Assembly (NCBI GenBank): GCA_964360965.1
Contig: CAYHYM010000004.1
Span: 32,796-64,795 of the forward strand
Direction of reading: 5' to 3'
From: an uncultured Gammaproteobacteria bacterium
GTDB taxonomy: Bacteria; Patescibacteriota; Microgenomatia; Daviesbacterales; UBA10151
DNA length: 32,000 bases
Made by a program: the position numbers and the translations under genes. Of the stretch, positions 1 through 6,185 are shown one piece after another. The first letter of the stretch is position 1. Every line of letters begins with the position of its first letter. A model generated the notes under the pieces. It saw only the letters and a list, made by a program, of their open reading frames with translations. It was not told where the DNA came from and did no database searches.

Positions 1-504
1 CCTTTAATCTCTTTGGATTTAACCCCTTTCGGTTTTAGCTGGTTACAGGTTACAGAAGCTGCTTTGTATTATGATCCGGAAAATCCTAATGAGGTAATTA
101 AACCCTTTATTTGGGATGAGTTAAGGAAAACTGATAATGGCAAAGATCGGTTAAGGGTTTGGAGAGATCCCAGAAAGGGAATTGAGCCTTTTCCTCAAGT
201 TCCTCATGCTGTCTGGATTCAAGATGGGACCAGATATGCGCGGGGGCAATCACCCAGGGATGTCAGAAGAAATCTAAATGTTGTGGAAAGGGCAGGGGAC
301 CATTTTAAGGGTACTAGTTTGAACTTACTTCGCCCTGATATGTTTAAAAACATGTGGTGGTATTTTGTTGGTGGACAGCTTGGGTCCGGTGGCGTGCCCT
401 ATGGTTACTGGGATTCCGGGCCGGGGTTCGGTGCTAGCTGGGATGCCGATCCTTATGATGGCTTCCGCCCTCTTGTCTCTGGGAGTGAATATTCTGTAGC
501 TTGA
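1..504 (+). CDS. hypothetical protein, C-terminal fragment (ORF open to window edge)
   Basis: Frame 1 has no stop from nt 1 to TGA 502-504. The tracked start at 13 is only a TTG, so the gene probably begins upstream of the window. Gly/Trp/Pro-rich tail with no recognised motif. Confidence 0.35.
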   Translation, partial: PLISLDLTPFGFSWLQVTEAALYYDPENPNEVIKPFIWDELRKTDNGKDRLRVWRDPRKGIEPFPQVPHAVWIQDGTRYARGQSPRDVRRNLNVVERAGDHFKGTSLNLLRPDMFKNMWWYFVGGQLGSGGVPYGYWDSGPGFGASWDADPYDGFRPLVSGSEYSVA

Positions 505-528
505 TTCTTTTCGACGCAATTTTGTCGC

Positions 529-926
529 TTAATCTATTTTAACAGAGTGCTCTTTTAGCCATTTGGAGATTTGTTCAACTGTTAAATTGCCATTGTCTAC
601 TCTAACTGCAAACTCTACTTCTTCTTTATGTTGATTTATTAATTTATACTCATTTTTTTAAGGAATAAACCAGCTGAAGTTAAAGCGGCGCGTTTGTTGC
701 CATCTACAAAGGGATGATTTTTTAAAAGTGACTGTAGTAGGGCTGCAGCTTTGTCAAAAATGGAAATATATAAATATTCGCCTCCAAATGTAGCTTGTGG
801 TCTAGCTACCGCTGATTCTACCAAACCCATGTCCCTGGTTCCTAAAGAACCGCCAAATCTTTTTACCATTTGATCGTGAATAAATAGAACCTGTTCTATT
901 GTGAGAAAAATAATTTTTGTTTTCAC
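529..926 (-). pseudogene. doc: Doc (death-on-curing, Fic-fold) toxin gene interrupted by a 1-nt frameshift in a homopolymer
   Basis: ORF 639-926 carries the Doc/Fic motif HPFVDGNKR. Right after an A7 run (T7 at 653-659 on +) it terminates (..LFLKKMSIN*). A shifted frame continues NEYKLINQHKEEVEFAVRVDNGNLTVEQISKWLKEHSVKID* to stop 529-531. An A8 or A5 run would restore a normal ~130-aa Doc. Confidence 0.7.
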
Positions 927-1159
927 CTATGGGAGAGTTCTTGTAAGACGTCTTTGTGATCTTCAATAAACTGATCCACCATTTTGGCGAATCTTACATC
1001 TACACCAGGTATCTTGATTTTCTTTTGTGGAATTAAGGTAAGACCCTGATTTGTTTCTTTCCACTCAACCTTTGACCCATCCCGTATAGAAAGCTGGTGG
1101 GCATAGGCTTTAGGTACAGTAACTGCTAAAGAGTTACCATTTTTAAATACTTTTCTCAT
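923..1159 (-). CDS. AbrB/MazE/SpoVT-fold antitoxin paired with Doc
   Basis: 78 aa. N-terminal KNGNSLAVTVPK matches the swapped-hairpin AbrB/MazE signature. Its stop overlaps the doc start by 4 nt (classic TA coupling). Confidence 0.75.
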   Translation of the reverse strand: MRKVFKNGNSLAVTVPKAYAHQLSIRDGSKVEWKETNQGLTLIPQKKIKIPGVDVRFAKMVDQFIEDHKDVLQELSHR

Positions 1160-1179
1160 GCCTTAATGATACCATAAAT

Positions 1180-1200
1180 GTACTGACAAGGTACTGACAA
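1180..1200. promoter_or_regulatory. tandem direct repeat GTACTGACAA x2 (11-nt period) in the divergent promoter region; candidate antitoxin operator
   Basis: GTACTGACAA at 1180-1189 and 1191-1200. On the minus strand these read TTGTCAGTAC x2 and overlap a TTGTCA-18 nt-TATGGT promoter-like arrangement upstream of the antitoxin start at 1159. Confidence 0.35.
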
Positions 1201-1226
1201 ATTAATGTGGGGTATAATATTTCCCA

Positions 1227-2102
1227 GTGATTACTAAATCAAAACAGGAATATATTAAAAATGCTATTTATCTTTCCTATACTTCTTTAAATGATTTTTT
1301 GAAGTGTCCCGGGAGCTATTATTTAAAAAACATCTACAGAGATCCCAAAACCGGCTTTAGGATGCAGATTGCCTCACCTTATCTTTCTTTAGGTTCAACA
1401 GTCCATGATGCTATAAAGTGGCATATAGAAATGGCAGGCCCGCTTCGACTCGCGTCGAGCGAGGCGAGACAGGTAACATATGAACAATTGGAGGGAAAAT
1501 TTAGAAATCTATGGCTAAAATATACCGGTAAAAGAGGGGGTTTCTCCACCAAAGAAGATGAAGCAAGTTTTGGTAAGCGCGGCCTGTTAATGTTGGAGAA
1601 TTTTTTTAGAAATGCCAAAAACTTGGAAGATAAACATCACAGTATAGAATTTCCTAAATACCCATTATTGGATAATGTAATTTTAATGGGGAATTTTGAC
1701 TTTATTGGGGAAAAAGAGGATCAGACCTTACATGTTGTGGATTTTAAAACCGGAGCAAATGATGAAAAAGATCCAATTCAGCTTTATATTTATGCCATTT
1801 TGGCAGAGGCTAATTTGGAAAAATCAGTTTCTTCAGCTTCATTTTGGTATTTGGACAGGGAAGATAAACCGCGTGATATAGTTTTAGATCCGCTGGAACC
1901 AAAACTGGAATGGTTAAAAGAAAAAGCCACAGAGTTAAAAAAGGCAATTGGGGAGGGAATGTGGGTTTGTCCTTCGACTCGCTCCGCTCGCTCAGGATTA
2001 TGTAGAGATTGTAGAGACTATCATGCCATTTTGGATGGAAAAGGTGAATTTCAATTTACTGATTATAGATACAAGAAAGATGTTTATTACCTTCCCAAAT
2101 AG
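1227..2102 (+). CDS. PD-(D/E)XK Cas4/RecB-family nuclease with Fe-S-type cysteines
   Basis: 291 aa with a GTG start. VVDFKTG (D-x-K) and QLYIYA (QxxxY) match PD-(D/E)XK/Cas4-RecB motifs. Cys27 plus a C-terminal C-x10-C-x2-C resemble Cas4/AddB 4Fe-4S ligands. Confidence 0.7.
   Translation: MITKSKQEYIKNAIYLSYTSLNDFLKCPGSYYLKNIYRDPKTGFRMQIASPYLSLGSTVHDAIKWHIEMAGPLRLASSEARQVTYEQLEGKFRNLWLKYTGKRGGFSTKEDEASFGKRGLLMLENFFRNAKNLEDKHHSIEFPKYPLLDNVILMGNFDFIGEKEDQTLHVVDFKTGANDEKDPIQLYIYAILAEANLEKSVSSASFWYLDREDKPRDIVLDPLEPKLEWLKEKATELKKAIGEGMWVCPSTRSARSGLCRDCRDYHAILDGKGEFQFTDYRYKKDVYYLPK
1433..1473 (+). repeat. GC-rich TTCGAC-type mini-element copy inside the nuclease ORF (encodes GPLRLASSEARQ)
   Basis: ggcaggcccgcTTCGACtcgcGTCGAGcgaggcgagacagg is a sharp GC island in an AT-rich gene. 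It contains the hairpin TTCGAC/GTCGAG at 1444-1459. Confidence 0.5.
1971..1996 (+). repeat. GC-rich CCTTCGAC...GCTCAGG mini-element copy inside the nuclease ORF (encodes PSTRSARSG)
   Basis: CCTTCGACtcgctccgctcGCTCAGG shares both ends with the copy at 18491-18518. It lies between the first and second C-terminal cysteines. Confidence 0.55.
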
Positions 2103-2123
2103 TGGCTAGACTTCATGAGTAGT

Positions 2124-2555
2124 TTAACCTGTTTTTTTAGAATCTGGGATTATGACTGAAATAACAGGTTTTTGATCTAACAATTCTACCACAAAAAGCC
2201 CATGCAAAAGAGTGGCTGTTTTAAGCACTTGCTCAAGAGGGACTCCTGTTTCTTTGGCAATTTGTTCAGCAGGTGCGCTCCAATGATGATCTTTTAAAGA
2301 GCGGGTAAAAGCTCCCAAGGGCTGGTTTTTGTAAGCTGCCATTCTGGTAAGAAAAGCCAGAGGTTCTGCCAGTTCACTAAATGGCTTGGGGGCACAAGGT
2401 GTATCAGGTATGGGTACTTTAGTTAGATCAACAGGAACTGTTAATTGCTCAACAAGCATCATTTCTACTGTAGATCTATTTTCCAAGCTTGTCAAAAAAG
2501 CTGTTTGGTTAAGGTGAACTAGCCTCAAAAAACGTGAATTAATACCGCAAAACAC
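2124..2555 (-). CDS. hypothetical protein (start uncertain: GTG 2555 or ATG 2462)
   Basis: 143-codon ORF with no recognised motif. The first ~30 codons overlap a terminator-like hairpin, so the internal ATG-ATG at 2462/2459 is an alternative start. Confidence 0.35.
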   Translation of the reverse strand: MFCGINSRFLRLVHLNQTAFLTSLENRSTVEMMLVEQLTVPVDLTKVPIPDTPCAPKPFSELAEPLAFLTRMAAYKNQPLGAFTRSLKDHHWSAPAEQIAKETGVPLEQVLKTATLLHGLFVVELLDQKPVISVIIPDSKKTG

Positions 2556-2567
2556 CTTAAATTCACG
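2527..2567 (-). terminator. terminator-like hairpin CGTGAATT/AATTCACG followed by T6 (minus strand)
   Basis: Minus strand: cGTGAATT (2567-2560), 19-nt loop, AATTCACg (2540-2533), then TTTTTT (2532-2527). It lies downstream of the serine hydrolase gene. A third copy, AAATTCAC (2593-2586), can pair alternatively with the middle arm. Confidence 0.35.
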
Positions 2568-2592
2568 CTAAATTGACAAAAGTAAGTGAATT

Positions 2593-3426
2593 TCAGCTAA
2601 GTTGATGGACCATGTCTTCTACCATTTCTCTAACTCTTGCTTGCTGAGGATAAGTTGAATCTTTATCTGAGACTGCTTTATCGCTTGTTAAAGCTACAAA
2701 GCTGTGTTCAATATATCTACGGTCTATAGATTGCAGATAACCTGCTTGATGGCAATAACTAAATCCATCTTGGGTAATATTACCATCTTTATGCCTAACA
2801 GTAACCTCTTGACCACTTGCTGTAGCAGTTTTTCTAGTAGGGATCCATCTTAAAAACTTTTGGCCCAGATAATTATCTCTAACTAAAAAGCCTTTCCTAA
2901 ACTCATATAAAAATTGGCCTACATTTTGAGCTGTTGTTTCATTTAGTGTGCCTGATTCAAGATTTAAGATAGTAGTATCATGAAGATGCCAATTGGATAA
3001 AACATCCTGTATTCTATTTCTACCTGCTACATCCGCTACCTTGGCAATTGCTACGTTATCAGAAAATTGAATAGAGTATCTTAGGAGATCTTCTAAAGTC
3101 TTTGTTGGCAGCATGTCCCTTCTAACAGCTTTGGACATAGCCCAGAGAGGAAGAAATTCTACTTTAAGTCTTCCAGTACCATGCATATTTTCCTGATACT
3201 CGTAAGGGGTAATATGATATCTTTGTTGTAAATCAAGCACCTCATCTTCTACTATTTTTAGAGCTACAGCCACTATAAAAAGTTTACCCAAAGAAGCAGC
3301 AGGTTGTTTCTCATGAGAATTGTATTCAGTAACTACTTGGTCAGTTTTTAAATTCTGTTGGAAGAAAGCAGTATGTAACTGACCATAAGTTTGTATACCA
3401 CTTGCTTCTTTAATTGAGCCTGTCAT
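2593..3426 (-). CDS. class A beta-lactamase-like serine hydrolase
   Basis: 277 aa. Contains S-x-x-K (ASLGK), an SDN motif (QFSDNVA), an E-x-x-LN-like omega-loop (LESGTLNE) and a KTG-like KDG. No signal peptide is obvious. Confidence 0.6.
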   Translation of the reverse strand: MTGSIKEASGIQTYGQLHTAFFQQNLKTDQVVTEYNSHEKQPAASLGKLFIVAVALKIVEDEVLDLQQRYHITPYEYQENMHGTGRLKVEFLPLWAMSKAVRRDMLPTKTLEDLLRYSIQFSDNVAIAKVADVAGRNRIQDVLSNWHLHDTTILNLESGTLNETTAQNVGQFLYEFRKGFLVRDNYLGQKFLRWIPTRKTATASGQEVTVRHKDGNITQDGFSYCHQAGYLQSIDRRYIEHSFVALTSDKAVSDKDSTYPQQARVREMVEDMVHQLS

Positions 3427-3438
3427 GGTTGGATTGTA

Positions 3439-3483
3439 TCATAAAAGTTTAACTTCTGCTAAATTGTTATATTTGTGGAAGCC
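3439..3483 (-). pseudogene. displaced thpR/ligT 3'-end remnant (copy A, 15 codons)
   Basis: The minus strand reads GGCTTCCACAAATATAACAATTTAGCAGAAGTTAAACTTTTATGA = GFHKYNNLAEVKLL*. Compare the intact gene end GFHKHNTLAEVKLV* at 9801-9845. It starts 8 nt after the PIN stop. Confidence 0.8.
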
Positions 3484-3491
3484 TACCTGTA

Positions 3492-3932
3492 TTATTCTCC
3501 GGCTAATTTAAAGCCCGGCTTAGGGTACCAATCATCAAAAGAAAATATCAAATTTGTTTCAAACTTATTGGCAGTTGCAGCCACAATTGCGTCAAAAATA
3601 GTATTTTGCTTAGATTGAGACCTTGTTTCAAAAATAATCGCTGCCTTAGTTTGAATTTCTAAGTTTACGTACTCCACAGTAAAAGCTCCTGCCAGATATT
3701 GTTTATTTATTAATTTTGCTTTATCAGGTAGGTTTTTAGCACGAGATAAGGCTGTAATTGTTTCCAGAATAGCAGTATTAGGATAAATTACTTGAAATCT
3801 TTTTAAGTTGAGCCACTGACTGATTCTCTTTGCTTTTTGGTGATTAGCATCTTGCTTATCTGCTAAAGCTATTAAGGAATCCGCATCTCCTATAATAATA
3901 TTGTTCACTTTTGTCTTTTCTCTCCACCCCAA
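3492..3932 (-). CDS. PIN-domain toxin (VapC-like)
   Basis: 146 aa. Acidic PIN signature residues occur in IIGDADSLIAL, AILETI, IFDAIVAA and SFDDWY. It overlaps the upstream RHH gene; an alternative GTG start at 3908 gives a GTGA stop/start overlap. Confidence 0.7.
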   Translation of the reverse strand: MGWREKTKVNNIIIGDADSLIALADKQDANHQKAKRISQWLNLKRFQVIYPNTAILETITALSRAKNLPDKAKLINKQYLAGAFTVEYVNLEIQTKAAIIFETRSQSKQNTIFDAIVAATANKFETNLIFSFDDWYPKPGFKLAGE

Positions 3933-4189
3933 GCGTAGTAGTCGTGATTTATAGATACATCCGTAGGAGAACCTTGTTGGCTGGGCATTTGTTCTGCCAT
4001 CTTAGCCAGATCAAGTAAAGCCTGGGCATTGGATTTAGGGTGATTAATCTCCAAGCCCTTACTCAGGGCCTCTCTTATAATTTCAGCTTCAGCCTTATTC
4101 TTATCTTGAGCTATTAAGCTAATTCTTCTTCTGGTATCATCCGGGATGTGAACACTGATTCTTTGCATATGTATTACATCATACATCAT
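3905..4189 (-). CDS. ribbon-helix-helix (CopG/VapB-like) antitoxin; probable true start ATG 4168
   Basis: MQRISVHIPDDTRRRISLIAQDKNKAEAEIIREAL is a typical RHH N-terminus. TTGACA (4206-4201), a 17-nt spacer and TATGAT (4183-4178) precede the ATG at 4168. Confidence 0.7.
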   Translation of the reverse strand: MMYDVIHMQRISVHIPDDTRRRISLIAQDKNKAEAEIIREALSKGLEINHPKSNAQALLDLAKMAEQMPSQQGSPTDVSINHDYYAWGGEKRQK

Positions 4190-4202
4190 ACAAACAGGTT
4201 TG

Positions 4203-4404
4203 TCAAGTGCCCAACTTAACTTCAGCTAAAGTGTTGTGTTTATGAAATCCATTAGAGGGGATCGACTCAAATAGCTTAATCGACGATATCCGTATTGGAT
4301 TAAAAGGCATGGCCATAAGTTTTTCCATTTCCACTTCTAATTTTTGATCTACTTTTAAATGGTTGTTGAGCTTGGAAATATTGAAATCTTCACTTTTGAT
4401 AAAG
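4203..4404 (-). pseudogene. 5'-truncated thpR/ligT paralogue remnant (copy B, about 65 codons, frame intact)
   Basis: Translates ..FIKSEDFNISKLNNHLKVDQKLEVEMEKLMAMPFNPIRISSIKLFESIPSNGFHKHNTLAEVKLGT*, collinear with the C-terminus of the gene at 9801-10367. Nt 4297-4375 are identical to 9892-9970 (79 nt). Confidence 0.85.
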
Positions 4405-4427
4405 ACTTAAAAAAGTTAAGGTAAAAA

Positions 4428-4512
4428 TTACCAGGCTATTTTAGAGGGGAAAGGTGAGTTTCAGTTTACAGACCACCGCTACAAAAAAGATATTTATTTC
4501 TTGAAACGTTAA
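4428..4512 (+). pseudogene. 3'-end remnant of a Cas4-like nuclease paralogue
   Basis: Translates NYQAILEGKGEFQFTDHRYKKDIYFLKR*. Compare DYHAILDGKGEFQFTDYRYKKDVYYLPK* at the end of the gene at 1227-2102. Differences are mostly synonymous or conservative. Confidence 0.8.
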
Positions 4513-6050
4513 TAAATAGGCTCGAGGTCTTTTTCTACAACTTTTTCTATTAAAGTTTGTCCAGGGAAGATATAAATAAGTCTGATTTTGCCTGAACCGA
4601 CCTTGTTCAGTTCGTCAATAATAGTTGTAACTTTACTTGACTTAATATCAGTAAAAGGTTTGGCGACGGAATGGTATCTGCTGATAAAACCTTCTAGTTC
4701 GGAAGCTGCCAGAATCACCACTACATTTTTATCCAGAAGTGTGGTCATTTCGCCTTTAAGCTTACCTTGTTCTCGTAATAGGTTTTCAATTACTTGATAA
4801 AATTGGTTAAAATCTTGGGTGTTTGATTTACAGTTAATAATAAACTGTTGGACCTTTTCTTGTGTCTCAGAATTTACTGCGATAGACCCCTCTAGGATGT
4901 GACCTTCAAAGGCTGAAGTACTACTGTTGTAGACAGAAGGTAACCCAAGGAGAATAGTATGTGCTACCTCAATTTGGTGTTCCGCAAGCTCTGCTAACAC
5001 GCTTCTTACTGCTTGTTTTGGGTCAATATAGTCAATTCCAGGTTCTTGTTCTAGTAATTTGCCAACGCCTCCGTGCATAGCGGTGGAGCTAAAAGTGATT
5101 ATTGGGGGTATTCTTCTCTCCCTAGGTAGTGCTTTCGCGCGAGCCATTAATTCAGGCATATGAGCTTTTAAACTTTGGCCATATAAATTAGTGTCAATTG
5201 AGCCTGATAGTTTTGGATCAGAGATCGGATAAATCTCAGGAAACGAGCGATCGCCAAAATAGTTCTTCCCCAAGGCTGTAATTAGAGAGTTCATCAGGGC
5301 TTCGGTGAAATGGGCAGTATCACGACCGCTATCTCCACCAACAACAATAATTGGTCTTCTAGCAATCACTCTTGTTTCTTCTGGTTTACTAATATCCGGA
5401 GTAATGGTTTGTATTGGTAGTCTTTGAATACCCTTCAGGTAGCGTCTAATATCAAATCCAACGTAAAATCTAGGGTCTCCTGAAGAAGAAAATACTGTAT
5501 CCTCATAAGGATAATCTGCTCCAGTAATTAGGTCACGATCAAAAAAATGCCTTATGGGAATATCAGTTTGGGTAAATGGGTTAACGGTGCCATACTCAAG
5601 ACCTAGCTTGGTCACATCAGCACGCTTTAGATCAGACTCACTAACATCTAAGTGCTGGGCCAATTTGGTAAAGTCTAGCTCTCGATCAGCTCTGGTATGA
5701 GTTATAACTAGGGGATAACCAGGAGCTGTTAGGGCATTAGATCTCATAATTCGCCATAGTTCTACTCCTTGCTCTCCCTCGAAAATCGCAGCCGCAGCAT
5801 TTTCTCTTACAGATCTGGGACGGCCTTGATTTTTACCAAAAAAATAATGAACTCCGTATTCAAAACGCAAAAGTGGCGGGACTGGAGTTTCTGTATATAT
5901 CTCATCTCTAATCTCTGCCGGGACATCAAAAATGGTCAGGCAAAGTGAATCAAAATGGCTGGCGATTTGAGCCAGTCTTTCCACCACAGGATCGCTTTCT
6001 TCAAGGCCAAGTTGCTTTGGGTTAAATCCAACCTGTAATAATTGTTCCAT
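4509..6050 (-). CDS. two-domain protein: YbaK/ProX-like deacylase domain fused to an Asp/Glu-racemase-like domain lacking the catalytic cysteines
   Basis: 513 aa. The N-terminal half has a YbaK-like pattern (LVITHTRADRELDFTKLAQHL...GLEYGTVNPF...). The C-terminal half has a racemase-like IIVVGGDSGRDTAHF, then FSSTAMH (versus CNTAH) and ILAASELEG (versus GCTEL). All assignments are by eye. Confidence 0.45.
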   Translation of the reverse strand: MEQLLQVGFNPKQLGLEESDPVVERLAQIASHFDSLCLTIFDVPAEIRDEIYTETPVPPLLRFEYGVHYFFGKNQGRPRSVRENAAAAIFEGEQGVELWRIMRSNALTAPGYPLVITHTRADRELDFTKLAQHLDVSESDLKRADVTKLGLEYGTVNPFTQTDIPIRHFFDRDLITGADYPYEDTVFSSSGDPRFYVGFDIRRYLKGIQRLPIQTITPDISKPEETRVIARRPIIVVGGDSGRDTAHFTEALMNSLITALGKNYFGDRSFPEIYPISDPKLSGSIDTNLYGQSLKAHMPELMARAKALPRERRIPPIITFSSTAMHGGVGKLLEQEPGIDYIDPKQAVRSVLAELAEHQIEVAHTILLGLPSVYNSSTSAFEGHILEGSIAVNSETQEKVQQFIINCKSNTQDFNQFYQVIENLLREQGKLKGEMTTLLDKNVVVILAASELEGFISRYHSVAKPFTDIKSSKVTTIIDELNKVGSGKIRLIYIFPGQTLIEKVVEKDLEPIY

Positions 6051-6148
6051 ATATCTATTATCTATGTGATAGAGCAGGTATTATACACTATAAGGCTTAT
6101 TATGTCAAAATGATTAAACTAAGGATTTTTGTGTTTTTAAAACACTTG

Positions 6149-6179
6149 TTGACATATTGTCATACAGATGTGTTATACT
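6149..6179 (+). promoter_or_regulatory. promoter (TTGACA, 19-nt spacer, TGtTATACT extended -10) with embedded palindrome TGACAtatTGTCA
   Basis: TTGACA 6149-6154, TG 6171-6172, TATACT 6174-6179. ATG 6186 lies only 6 nt after the -10 and there is no SD. The inverted repeat at 6150-6162 overlaps the -35. Confidence 0.5.
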
Positions 6180-6185
6180 TAAGTT

